This document shows positions 48,278 through 57,751 of a stretch of 64,000 bases of DNA, one piece after another (within the stretch, counting starts at the first letter, position 1; the number at the start of each line of letters is the position of its first letter). The DNA comes from Deferribacterales bacterium. GTDB taxonomy: Bacteria; Chrysiogenota; Deferribacteres; Deferribacterales; Geovibrionaceae. The stretch is from NCBI GenBank assembly GCA_050251875.1, contig JBFWMA010000002.1:192001-256000 (forward strand), written 5' to 3'. A program made the position numbers and the translations under genes. The notes under the pieces are model-generated. The model saw only the letters and a program-made list of their open reading frames with translations, ran no database searches and was not told the origin of the DNA.

Positions 48278-49326
48278 AATGCTCTCCTGTAGCTGACCAC
48301 GCTGACGACAGCAAAGATCACGTTAGGCACCCATGCCGCTGAAAACGGCTCTACAGCGCCTGATTTCGCATAGTTTTCAGCTATCATGAAGAGAGTGTTG
48401 TAAACAGCCACCACTATTATGGTGCTGGGGATAGCCAGCGACTTTCCGCTGCGGTGGAAATACATGCCCACGCTGGCGCCGAACACACAGAGTATGACAG
48501 CGGCGAACGGCATGGAAAATCTTTTCGAAAACTCGAATTTATAGATCGGGTTCGTTGTAAAATTACTGATGAGTTCTCCGGCGGGCATCAGCCTTTCTGT
48601 ATTCAGATTCACTCCCGGAGAGCCCAGAATGGGGACGTTGATGGCAAAAGTGTTGAAATTAATCTTGGAGTGTTTGCCGTCCTCACGGATAGTCAGAACG
48701 CTTCCGTCCTTAAGCTGGAACAGCAGACTGTAATCACCTGTGGGGGTGATCTCCGCTGATTTCGCCGTAATGACGGAATTTTCCTCTTTTTCTATTATCA
48801 TCAGGTTTTCATATTTTATATCGCTTATCTTTTTGTCGGCGTAAAAGACGAAGCCGTCCAGTTCCTCATATATCTCTTTCTCTTTGATATCCTTCACAGA
48901 GACCAGTTTTGACATGCTGATAAGGTTCTGCGCCGCGTGAAAACTGCCCGCAGGCATCAGCCAGATGCTCATGACAACACCGAAAACGAAGACAAACACG
49001 GCGAAGATCATTGTCGGTTTCAGAAAGAATCGTTTTCCGGCTCCCGCCGCTCTCATGGCGATAATCTCGCTGTCGGATGACATGCGCCCGAAAACGAACG
49101 TGGTCGCCAGCAGAGCCGATGTGGGGATGGTGATAACGAGAAAAGAGGGCAGATAGAATATGATTGTCTGGATGATAAGCCATCCGGGGATTCCTTTGGT
49201 AAAGAAAAGATCGGACAGCGACATCAGCTTGTCCAGAAGCAGAATGGCGATGAACGAAATATTTCCCATCAGAAAGACGGGAATCAGTTCTTTTATTATA
49301 TATTTATGAATCAGTTTCAGCTTCAC
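48274..49326 (-). CDS. lptF: LPS export permease LptF-like
   Basis: 'GRMSSDSEIIAMRAAG', 'AAWVPN'. Confidence 0.85.
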   Translation of the reverse strand: MKLKLIHKYIIKELIPVFLMGNISFIAILLLDKLMSLSDLFFTKGIPGWLIIQTIIFYLPSFLVITIPTSALLATTFVFGRMSSDSEIIAMRAAGAGKRFFLKPTMIFAVFVFVFGVVMSIWLMPAGSFHAAQNLISMSKLVSVKDIKEKEIYEELDGFVFYADKKISDIKYENLMIIEKEENSVITAKSAEITPTGDYSLLFQLKDGSVLTIREDGKHSKINFNTFAINVPILGSPGVNLNTERLMPAGELISNFTTNPIYKFEFSKRFSMPFAAVILCVFGASVGMYFHRSGKSLAIPSTIIVVAVYNTLFMIAENYAKSGAVEPFSAAWVPNVIFAVVSVVSYRRAL

Positions 49327-49600
49327 TATACAGCCTTATTACCGGTGTCTCTTTTTTCATGGTGATCTCATCGATCCTGACAATGTAGTTTAAGGGGATA
49401 AACGACCTTTCAACGTTTTTAAAATTTTCTTTCAGCTTGCCGTCATCCGGAGAGATGATAATCTCGGATTTGTCGATGAAAACAATGTCCGAAATCTCTA
49501 TCAGACCTAAGAATGAAGATGGGTTAACATAGCTTGCGTGCAGTGTCTGGGTCTTCTTATCCTCATCTATGAAGATGATCTTGTACAGCTTTTTGTTCAC
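49304..49600 (-). CDS. DUF1820-like hypothetical protein
   Basis: 'LYKIIF', 'LGLIEI', 'ERSFIPLNYIVRIDE'. Confidence 0.7.
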   Translation of the reverse strand: MNKKLYKIIFIDEDKKTQTLHASYVNPSSFLGLIEISDIVFIDKSEIIISPDDGKLKENFKNVERSFIPLNYIVRIDEITMKKETPVIRLYSEAETDS

Positions 49601-49992
49601 CTGTTTTTGCCGCCTTTGTAATAATAAAATTTTATATTTGAATTGGGTGAGAAAGAGTCGAAGAGAATGTTAACAAAGCTGATGAGCAGAGAACCGAAGA
49701 ATGCCGCCCAGAAGCCGTTCACAGTGAAAGACGGCATAAAGTGGGCGGTGAGCCCCAGAAGCAGGGCGTTGACTATCAGATAGCCTATGCCGAGACTGAG
49801 AATCTGAAAAGGAAGTGTCAGAAAAAGGAGTATCGGACGCAGAAACGTCTGAAAGAACGTGAGAATAAGCGCGGAAGCCGCCAGGGCGGAGAAAGAATCC
49901 GCATGTATATTGTCAAAAATAAGGGCGGCAGCCCCCAGTCCGATAAGGTTGACACAAATTCTGTAAAGTATATACTGAAACCTGAACATCAT
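49597..49992 (-). CDS. 4-TM 'phage holin 4_2'/YvlD-type membrane protein
   Basis: 'RPILLFLTLPF..LSLG....IVNA..L', 'GFWAAF.GSL.IS'; start ATG 49992 or 49989. Confidence 0.85.
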   Translation of the reverse strand: MMFRFQYILYRICVNLIGLGAAALIFDNIHADSFSALAASALILTFFQTFLRPILLFLTLPFQILSLGIGYLIVNALLLGLTAHFMPSFTVNGFWAAFFGSLLISFVNILFDSFSPNSNIKFYYYKGGKNR

Positions 49993-50035
49993 TGTTAATA
50001 TTATAACGTTAAAACGATTATAACAAGGAGTTTTT

Positions 50036-50869
50036 ATGATAGATATGCACTGCCATTCAGTATATTCGGACGGGACATTCACTCCCGCTAAACTGCTGGA
50101 GCTGGCAGAAAAAGTCGGGGTGGAGGCTCTTGCTCTGACCGATCACGACACTGTTGACGGGCTGGATGATTTTTTCTCGCACACTACAAAAGTTGAGAGA
50201 GTGGCGGGAACGGAGATCAGCATAGATTATGACAAGGGTACATTTCACCTTGTGGGGCTTTTTATGGATCACAAGGAAAAGAACCTGAACGATATTCTGG
50301 ACGGGCTGAAACACGCCAGAAGAACCAGAAATGAAAAGATAGTGAAGTCTGTCAGCGCTCTGCTGGGACGTGAAGTTTCGCTGGACGACATATCAGACGG
50401 CAACATGGGAGAGCTGGGCAGACCGCATATAGCCAAATATCTGATAAAACAGAAGGTAGTCTCCAATATGCAGGAGGCTTTTGATAAATATCTCGGCAAG
50501 GGACAGCCTCTTTACGCTGACAAAGCCAGGCTCGGTTTTGAAAAAGCGGCGGAGATGATCCACGGAGCGGGCGGAATAGCTGTTCTGGCGCACCCTGTCA
50601 GCCTGAAACTGACGGATGATGAGATGCTGCCTTTTCTGAAAGACTGCAAGGACAAAGGTCTAGATGCCATAGAGGTTTACTGCTCTGAGGTTCTGCCGGA
50701 GAGACAGCCTTTTTTCAAAAACATTGCCGATTCTCTGGGGCTCGGGATATCCGCCGGAAGCGACTTTCACGGTGACAACAAGCTGAAGATAGGTCTGGGC
50801 ACAGGATCAGGGCATCTGAACACGCCTTATTCCGTTTTTGAGAAACTTAAAGAACTTGCCTATAAATGA
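50036..50869 (+). CDS. PHP-domain phosphoesterase (YciV/TrpH-like)
   Basis: 'DMHCHS..SDG', 'LTDHD', 'GRPH', 'AHP', 'GSDFHG'. Confidence 0.92.
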   Translation: MIDMHCHSVYSDGTFTPAKLLELAEKVGVEALALTDHDTVDGLDDFFSHTTKVERVAGTEISIDYDKGTFHLVGLFMDHKEKNLNDILDGLKHARRTRNEKIVKSVSALLGREVSLDDISDGNMGELGRPHIAKYLIKQKVVSNMQEAFDKYLGKGQPLYADKARLGFEKAAEMIHGAGGIAVLAHPVSLKLTDDEMLPFLKDCKDKGLDAIEVYCSEVLPERQPFFKNIADSLGLGISAGSDFHGDNKLKIGLGTGSGHLNTPYSVFEKLKELAYK

Positions 50870-51474
50870 TCGAATATCTCTTTGTGGTGTGTGATTACGG
50901 TGCTGTCTTCCAGCCTGTTTTCATACGCCAGAAAGGGCACATCGGCTGATTTAGCCGCCATATAGTCCGTCATGGAATCGCCTATGAAAAGGAGCGATTC
51001 TTTCTTCTCTTTGAACTGCGACATAATCTTGTATAACCCCTCCGGATCTGGCTTAGGTTTTGCTACATCCATACATGTAACAGTGTATGAGAAATAATTT
51101 CCCATACCGAAATGTTCCAGAAGGTAACCCAGAGATATGCCTCTGTTTGTGAAAACGGCAAGGCTGCGACCCTGTTCTATGAGTGTTTCGAGAGTGCTGT
51201 GGATGCCCGGTTTGGGCTCCATCAGGTGGATGAACTGCTTAAAGTTCATCTTCATGGCAAACTCAAGCATCTCCCCGATCAGGGCATCGTCTTTGACAAA
51301 GTGACGTACGATGACTTCGTTCGTGCCCATCATGGCGAGAGCGAGCATGGAAGAATTTTCCCAGTCGATCTTCGTTACGCCGAATTTTTCGAAGACGAAA
51401 TCATAATATCCCTTTACCGCCTCTGTGCTGTTAAAGAGGACTCCGTCGCAGTCATAAACTATAATTTTTCGCAT
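50860..51474 (-). CDS. HAD-superfamily hydrolase (phosphoglycolate phosphatase-like)
   Basis: 'DCDGVL', 'TNR', 'KPDP', 'IGDS..D'. Confidence 0.9.
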   Translation of the reverse strand: MRKIIVYDCDGVLFNSTEAVKGYYDFVFEKFGVTKIDWENSSMLALAMMGTNEVIVRHFVKDDALIGEMLEFAMKMNFKQFIHLMEPKPGIHSTLETLIEQGRSLAVFTNRGISLGYLLEHFGMGNYFSYTVTCMDVAKPKPDPEGLYKIMSQFKEKKESLLFIGDSMTDYMAAKSADVPFLAYENRLEDSTVITHHKEIFDHL

Positions 51475-51517
51475 TCAGAGGTTGTAATACATTTTTCGGC
51501 GCAGGGCAAATTGTTTC

Positions 51518-51544
51518 TAAAGATTAAAGAATATGTGCCGATTA
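51518..51544 (+). promoter_or_regulatory. Sigma28 (FliA) promoter
   Basis: TAAA-15nt-GCCGATTA upstream of fliD. Confidence 0.8.
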
Positions 51545-51571
51545 CACTGATAACCATAGGAGGATGATCTC

Positions 51572-54262
51572 ATGGCCGGGATACAGGTTGGAGGTATTGT
51601 TTCAGGGCTTGATACCAACGCTCTCGTTGAACAGCTCACTGAATCAGCGAATATTGCCGTTGAAAGATTGAATGGCGATTATTCATTCAAATCATTGGAA
51701 TATAACCTCTACGATGACATGAATGACATGTGTTCGAATCTTTCGACTGATCTGCTCAGTCTCAGGCTGTCATCCACCTATCTGACTAAGCAGACATCTT
51801 CCACCAACGAAGGTGTGGGAACAGCAACCGCCACCACAGACGCGGATATCGGTTCTTTCTCGCTGAAAGTTCTTCAGACCGCCAGAAACTCCGAGGCTAC
51901 CAGCAACTTTACAAAAGTTGATATGGTTACGAGCGGCGCCAATGTCGCCGATATCTCCGGATATGCCAACGAATCTCTGGAGGGCAGACACACCACTACC
52001 ATCTATACCACCGGAGCTTCTCAATACCTTTCCATAGACGTTTTCGAAGTGCAGAACATAGGCACAATGACTAAACAGGTGGGTGACGCTTATTCCAATG
52101 TCGATTCCAGCGGGAATCTGGTCGCGGATGTGAGCGGTTCGCTTAAGTTTTCATACACAGACGCTGACGGCAACGCCCAGACACTTACTATATCCGGTAC
52201 ATACGGTACGGCGGGGCAGGATATCAACACCGTGTCCACCACCATTCAGGATACGCTGAACGGCGCCCTTAACTCCACTCTGGGGACAAACGATGTAACC
52301 TATGCCGCCGTGAGGGCGGATTATGATAAAGACGCCGGAACATGGAGCTTTGCTCTGTATGAAACCACAATCACCGACTATAACATAGCCATAGCGGGCG
52401 ATGACGCCGGCACGCTTTCTGACGAGCTTGGTTTTTCCGAGCTGTCTGCTCCCACTGTCTCCACAGAGACCACTATAAAAAAATATCATCTGGCGGATGA
52501 CGCCGCCGCTCTTCAGAATAAACTTGCCAGCTCGGTCGCCGGACTTATCCCCGGAGCGAGCCTGAGCATCTCTGCCACTATTGAGCCAGGAAAGTTTGTT
52601 TATTCTCAGGATGCCAGTCTCAACATTTCATCGACCACAAAATCGACCTATGTTTCAGACTCTGTAACCACCGGAACTCTCGACACGGCTGTTGAGGGTT
52701 TGGAAAACGCCGGATTCACAGAAACGGCGGACACCAGCCTGAACGGAACTTTTACCATTAACGATGTCACCATCACTATAGATGATTATACCGCTCTGAG
52801 CGTTCAGGATGTTCTGGGTATCATCAACGCCTCCGGAGCGGGTGTTACCGCTTCTTATGACGCAACATATGAAAAATTTATCCTGACATCGAACACTGCC
52901 GGAGCGAAATCCATCTCTCTGGGCAGTTTTTCTGATACCAGTGATCTGCTCGATTTCTTCGGCTTTGGCGCCGGAGACGACACCGACTATACCATCGGTA
53001 CGACATCGGGCAGTATCTCCACTGATGTTAAGCTGAGCAACAGCGGTCTTACGACTTATCCGTCCACAGGCACTTTTACTATCAACGGTGTTTCCATCTA
53101 TGTGGATCCCACCGTTGACACTATGGAAGACCTGATAGAGAAAGTGAACAATTCCGGAGCCGGAGTCACCATGACCTATGACTCCACTTCCGATAAAATA
53201 TCTCTGAAGTCTGACGGCATCGAGCCCATCACCGTGGGATCGTCCACAGATACCAGCAATATTCTGGAAGCCTTCCACCTTACCAAAGATTCCACCGTGG
53301 AAACAACCATAGGAACAGAAGGGCAGAGGGCGATATTTCAGGTCAACGGTGATACATATATCAGAGATACCAACGAAGTGGACGATGTTCTGGCGGGTGT
53401 CACCATAACGCTGAACGCCGCCAGTGACGAGACCACCACAATCAAAGTGACCACCGACACATCAAAAGCGGTGGACGCTCTGGCTACCTTTATCATGCAC
53501 TATAACGAGCTGATGGAGAAGCTGAATGTTCCGGATAAAGAGGACAAGGAAGACGACTATACGGATTATCTTACCAGCAGTGATAAGGAAAGCATGAGTG
53601 ATGATGATATAGCCAAATATCAGGAATATTACGAACTATATAATGAATATGATATCATCAGGAGAAGTTCCGAGCTTAGAAACATGAGAACCACTATGAG
53701 GACAGCTGTGTTCGCCGAGCGGAGCGGAATAAACGGCTCTGTGAACGATATGTCAGACCTCGGGATAGAGGTTGCAGGCGCCGGAGACCTGGATACAGAA
53801 AATTACGGATATCTGGTTTCTCTCTCCACAGACCACGACACTCTGGTGGCTGCTCTGGAAGATAACGACACTCTGATGACTATGCTTACGGAAAATCCTA
53901 AAGATGTTTATAAATTTTTCTCGAATTTATCCGATTTAGATACTGATGATGCCGAAACAGACGCAGAAGCCGCCGCGATGGAAAAACAGATAGAGGCGGA
54001 GGCCGGCTGGGCACGGTATTTTGATGACTACGTCCTTGAGAGGTACACAGCCTATAACGGATTTATCGGCAGCAAGATAGGCTCCACCGGTACTATCCAG
54101 CGTGAGCTGGATAAACTGGAATCAAGGATCAGTACTCAGGAAGACAGGGTTGAGACCGAACTGGAAAGATACTGGGCTAAGTTCTCCGCAATGGAGCAGG
54201 CTATCGCCGAAGCCCAGAGCCAGGGCAACGCTCTCAGCTCGATTACCGGAAGCAGCGGCTAA
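51572..54262 (+). CDS. fliD: Flagellar filament cap protein FliD (896 aa)
   Basis: 'GIVSGLDT..LV..L' N-terminus, 'N...DVLAGVTITL', C-terminal 'Y..KFSAME..I'; upstream of fliS. Confidence 0.92.
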   Translation: MAGIQVGGIVSGLDTNALVEQLTESANIAVERLNGDYSFKSLEYNLYDDMNDMCSNLSTDLLSLRLSSTYLTKQTSSTNEGVGTATATTDADIGSFSLKVLQTARNSEATSNFTKVDMVTSGANVADISGYANESLEGRHTTTIYTTGASQYLSIDVFEVQNIGTMTKQVGDAYSNVDSSGNLVADVSGSLKFSYTDADGNAQTLTISGTYGTAGQDINTVSTTIQDTLNGALNSTLGTNDVTYAAVRADYDKDAGTWSFALYETTITDYNIAIAGDDAGTLSDELGFSELSAPTVSTETTIKKYHLADDAAALQNKLASSVAGLIPGASLSISATIEPGKFVYSQDASLNISSTTKSTYVSDSVTTGTLDTAVEGLENAGFTETADTSLNGTFTINDVTITIDDYTALSVQDVLGIINASGAGVTASYDATYEKFILTSNTAGAKSISLGSFSDTSDLLDFFGFGAGDDTDYTIGTTSGSISTDVKLSNSGLTTYPSTGTFTINGVSIYVDPTVDTMEDLIEKVNNSGAGVTMTYDSTSDKISLKSDGIEPITVGSSTDTSNILEAFHLTKDSTVETTIGTEGQRAIFQVNGDTYIRDTNEVDDVLAGVTITLNAASDETTTIKVTTDTSKAVDALATFIMHYNELMEKLNVPDKEDKEDDYTDYLTSSDKESMSDDDIAKYQEYYELYNEYDIIRRSSELRNMRTTMRTAVFAERSGINGSVNDMSDLGIEVAGAGDLDTENYGYLVSLSTDHDTLVAALEDNDTLMTMLTENPKDVYKFFSNLSDLDTDDAETDAEAAAMEKQIEAEAGWARYFDDYVLERYTAYNGFIGSKIGSTGTIQRELDKLESRISTQEDRVETELERYWAKFSAMEQAIAEAQSQGNALSSITGSSG

Positions 54263-54285
54263 TTAATTAGGAGGTTTTCAGTATT

Positions 54286-54708
54286 ATGCAGAGCCCTTAC
54301 AAAAATTACATCAAACAGGAAGTTGAGGGAGCTACGAAAGGGAAGCTTGTGCTTCTGCTTTACGATGGAGCTATCAAGTTCATGCGTATTTCTATGAAAG
54401 CTATGGATGAAAAAGATATCCCCACAGCTCATAATAATATTATGAAAGCTCAGAATATTCTTTATGAACTGATGAACTCGCTGAACATGGAAGCCGGGGA
54501 TATTTCTAAGAATCTCATGAGGTTATATGACTTCATGGTGTGGCAGCTTATTGAAGCGAACAAAGACAAAAATAAAGACAAGGTTGAAAATGTTGTAAGA
54601 ATGATGTCTAATCTTCGTGACGCATGGCGTGACGTTGTGCAGAAAGAAGAGGGCGGTGTTATTCCCTCACAGGAGACAACAGGCAAGTCGATCAACTTTG
54701 CCGGATGA
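54286..54708 (+). CDS. fliS: Flagellin export chaperone FliS
   Basis: 'LVLLLYDGAIKF', 'KAQNIL.EL..SL', 'L..LYDFM', 'LRDAW'. Confidence 0.96.
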   Translation: MQSPYKNYIKQEVEGATKGKLVLLLYDGAIKFMRISMKAMDEKDIPTAHNNIMKAQNILYELMNSLNMEAGDISKNLMRLYDFMVWQLIEANKDKNKDKVENVVRMMSNLRDAWRDVVQKEEGGVIPSQETTGKSINFAG

Positions 54709-54711
54709 TTT

Positions 54712-55041
54712 ATGGACATAACTGGAACTGGTTCTGTCGTTAATCTGAGGGAGAAACTCTTAGAAATAGACAGAAAGAAAACACAATCAGGATCAGGCGG
54801 CGCGCAGAGCACCTCAGATTCTAACAGCTCGTCAGAAAAGAAGTACATCTCTGATGTTATCGGCATCAGAAATGAAAACAAACTGGCTGCTGCCTCCTCC
54901 GGCGGCATCCTTTCCAAAGACGAAGCCATGGATATGGTGGATGAGCTGAAGAGACAATTTGAATGTGACTCCTGCAACGCTCTTGATGCGCATAACAAAG
55001 CGGATGCTAATACCGTCATGCAGTTTTACCCGTTCGAATAA
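54712..55041 (+). CDS. Hypothetical flagellar protein with flagellin C-terminal-like segment
   Basis: 3 nt after fliS; C-terminal half resembles the flagellin C-terminal helix by eye. Confidence 0.65.
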   Translation: MDITGTGSVVNLREKLLEIDRKKTQSGSGGAQSTSDSNSSSEKKYISDVIGIRNENKLAAASSGGILSKDEAMDMVDELKRQFECDSCNALDAHNKADANTVMQFYPFE

Positions 55042-55077
55042 TCTGCAGTTAGCGTGTGCTTTTTTAAGTGAGCAAAG

Positions 55078-55419
55078 ATGAGTCAGTCTAACTTTGACGT
55101 TATTTTTAAACAAGCGTATGATTTAGCTGAAAGGCTCACTGAGAAAGACTTTGACGATGACTTTCTTAAACAATATAAAACCTACTCGGCTTTTATCGGT
55201 CAGATAATCCAGATTCTCAATTCAATAGATGTTAAAGATGACGAGCTGAACAGCCAAATAAAAAACCTTCTTGCTCTTCACAAGAAGGTTGAGTATAGAC
55301 TTATTCAAGCGAAAGACGAAATCAGAGATAGCATCACCAACAAGATACGCAAAGAACATATCCGTCAAAAATACCATTCAAAAAGTCTTAGAACAGCTCT
55401 TTTAAATAAAAAAGCCTGA
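55078..55419 (+). CDS. FliT-like helical protein
   Basis: 113-aa all-helical protein ending 'Y...L.KK'; last gene of the fliDS operon (position-based call). Confidence 0.5.
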   Translation: MSQSNFDVIFKQAYDLAERLTEKDFDDDFLKQYKTYSAFIGQIIQILNSIDVKDDELNSQIKNLLALHKKVEYRLIQAKDEIRDSITNKIRKEHIRQKYHSKSLRTALLNKKA

Positions 55420-55428
55420 GGGGGCTGA

Positions 55429-55713
55429 TTATTCAGCGCCTATCAGAAGCTCTTTTATCTCTTTACCAGGTTTGAAGTAGGGTACGTTTTTAGAAGGTAC
55501 TTCCACTTTGTCTCCGGTTTTGGGGTTGCGTCCGAGCTTAGAGTTTTTCTCTCTGATCTTAAAGCTGCCGAAACCGCGGATCTCAACTTTGTCACCGGCT
55601 TTCAGAGCGTCTTTGATAGAAGAGAACACACCGTTAATGATGAATTCGATCTGCTTTTTTGTCAGTTCGGGGTTTGTGCTGGCTATTACTTCGATAAGTT
55701 CTGATTTTGTCAT
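55429..55713 (-). CDS. ihfB: Integration host factor beta / HU family protein
   Basis: 'MTKSELI', 'EIRGFGSF', 'GRNPKTG', 'PYFKPGKE'; start ATG 55713. Confidence 0.88.
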   Translation of the reverse strand: MTKSELIEVIASTNPELTKKQIEFIINGVFSSIKDALKAGDKVEIRGFGSFKIREKNSKLGRNPKTGDKVEVPSKNVPYFKPGKEIKELLIGAE

Positions 55714-55829
55714 ACCATAATCTCCGTGCAAATATCGTTTATTTATGATATTTTTTCGATTACTCATTATATCCGATGTCATATAGAGTGTAAAGCCAAT
55801 TTACATATTTTTTTAAGGAAATATTTGTC

Positions 55830-57302
55830 ATGGCAGGATTTGTTACAAAAATCTTAAAATCCGGGTTAGGAATTTTCACCAGCCGAATTTTCGGCATGTT
55901 AAGAGACATCAGCATAGCCGGTTTTTTCGGCGCAAACGGTGCCACAGATGCCTTTGTGGCTGCCTTCGCCGTGCCTAACCTTTTCCGGGCTTTCTTCGCC
56001 GAGGGGGCATTGGCTTCTGTCTTTGTACCTTTTCTCAGCGACAAACTGACCGGAGACGGAGAGCAGAAAGCATCTGTTTATCTTTCCAGCCTTATAACTA
56101 TAATATCCGGTGTGGTTATTTTTCTGATAGCGATCGTCATGATTTTCCCCAGTATCATTACATATATATTCCTTCCCGGATACGCTGATGATCCGGAGAT
56201 TTCTTCTATAATGCCAGCTATGATTACTGTCCTTATGCCATATCTTTTTTTTATTACTATCTGCTCTCTGCTGACATGCTATCTTAACCTGAAGGGCAGT
56301 TTTTATGTGCCTAACTCTTCCACCGCTTTTCTGAACATTGCCATGATAGCGGGCGCCTTTGCCGGATATTATCACGGCAGTGATATATTATATGTATGCT
56401 ACGGCGTTTTTATCGGCGGAATCGCTCAGTTTCTGTTTATTTTGTTCTATGCTTACCGCTTCGGTTTCCGGTTCTCTCTGCGGGGCGGATATGACAGGAG
56501 CGTGAACGAGGTTTTTCATTATGCTCTGCCTTCTCTGGCGAGTGTGGGAATCAGTCAGATAAACTTTATGATAGGCAGAGCCGCCGCTTCTTTTCTTGTG
56601 ACCGGAAGCGTGTCATATCTCTATTATTCCAACAGGCTTTTTCAGTTTCCTATGGGGCTTTTCACCATTGCGGTCGGCACGGTTGTTATGGCGGAGATCA
56701 GCAAAGCTAACTCATCGGGAAATACAGATATGAGAAACTCGCTGATAGATAAGTCAATTAACTCTATAATGCTGGTGATGCTCCCGTCTTCCGCCGGGCT
56801 TATTGTTCTGGCGGAGCCTATCATCTCTCTGGTATACGGACGGATGAACTTTTTGGAGGCGGACGCCGCCGCCACGGCTTCTGACCTGCGGATGTATTCT
56901 CTGGGGCTGGTGTTCTACTCGTTTATAGCGGTGTTCAGCCGGGTATTTTATTCGGACAAAGATATCAGAACCCCGCTGATGGGCGCTCTTGTCGGATTGG
57001 CTGTCAATGTGGTTATGATAGCTGTTCTGATGAAGCTGATGGGGCACAGCGGAATAGCTCTGGCGTCATCTGTTGCGGCATCGGCGACATTTTTTTATCT
57101 TTATACCCGTGTCAGGGATTACAGATATGTTTTCGGCGCTTTTATTTTCAAGGCAGCGGCAGCATCCGGCTTAATGGCTCTGGTGTCATATCTTTTGCTG
57201 GTGTACGGCGCCGGAATACTTGTTAATATTTTTGTTTCCGCTGTATTGTATTTTTCTGCGCTGTATTTTATGAAGATTAATATCAGGAGTGTTTTGAGAT
57301 GA
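55830..57302 (+). CDS. murJ: Lipid II flippase MurJ
   Basis: 'SRIFGMLRD', 'DAF..AF..PN.FR..FAEGAL', 'NRLFQFP'. Confidence 0.95.
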   Translation: MAGFVTKILKSGLGIFTSRIFGMLRDISIAGFFGANGATDAFVAAFAVPNLFRAFFAEGALASVFVPFLSDKLTGDGEQKASVYLSSLITIISGVVIFLIAIVMIFPSIITYIFLPGYADDPEISSIMPAMITVLMPYLFFITICSLLTCYLNLKGSFYVPNSSTAFLNIAMIAGAFAGYYHGSDILYVCYGVFIGGIAQFLFILFYAYRFGFRFSLRGGYDRSVNEVFHYALPSLASVGISQINFMIGRAAASFLVTGSVSYLYYSNRLFQFPMGLFTIAVGTVVMAEISKANSSGNTDMRNSLIDKSINSIMLVMLPSSAGLIVLAEPIISLVYGRMNFLEADAAATASDLRMYSLGLVFYSFIAVFSRVFYSDKDIRTPLMGALVGLAVNVVMIAVLMKLMGHSGIALASSVAASATFFYLYTRVRDYRYVFGAFIFKAAAASGLMALVSYLLLVYGAGILVNIFVSAVLYFSALYFMKINIRSVLR

Positions 57303-57748
57303 AAGCAGTGATACAGAGGGTAAATTCCTCATATCTTAAAATAGACGGTGTTATGCGGGCGGAGACAGGCAGAGGTCTTGTGGTTCTTTTCGGAGTGGAG
57401 AAGGGCGACAGGAGCGATTTCTGCGCTCATGTGGCGCATAAAACAGTGAATCTGCGCATTTTCGAGGATGAAAATGGCAAAATGGGCAGATCTGTTAAGG
57501 ATATTGACGGCGAGATGCTGATTGTCAGCCAGTTTACTCTGGCGGGGACGTGCAATAAGGGGCTGAGACCGGACTTTACTTCCGCTATGGAGCCTGTTAC
57601 CGCTAAGGAATATTATGAAATATTCATATCCGAATGTGAAAAACTGCTGGGAAAAGACAGGGTAAAAACGGGTGTTTTTGCCGCCGATATGAAAGTTGGA
57701 CTTGAAAATGACGGTCCGGTAACAATAATAATGGAAAAGACGGAGTAG
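57299..57748 (+). CDS. dtd: D-aminoacyl-tRNA deacylase
   Basis: 'QRV', 'LRIF', 'SQFTL', 'NDGPVT'. Confidence 0.96.
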   Translation: MKAVIQRVNSSYLKIDGVMRAETGRGLVVLFGVEKGDRSDFCAHVAHKTVNLRIFEDENGKMGRSVKDIDGEMLIVSQFTLAGTCNKGLRPDFTSAMEPVTAKEYYEIFISECEKLLGKDRVKTGVFAADMKVGLENDGPVTIIMEKTE

Positions 57749-57751
57749 CTG

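Noticed and set aside
49597..49992. Prophage lysis gene
   Set aside because: This 4-TM 'holin' family is commonly chromosomal; no endolysin or phage genes adjacent.
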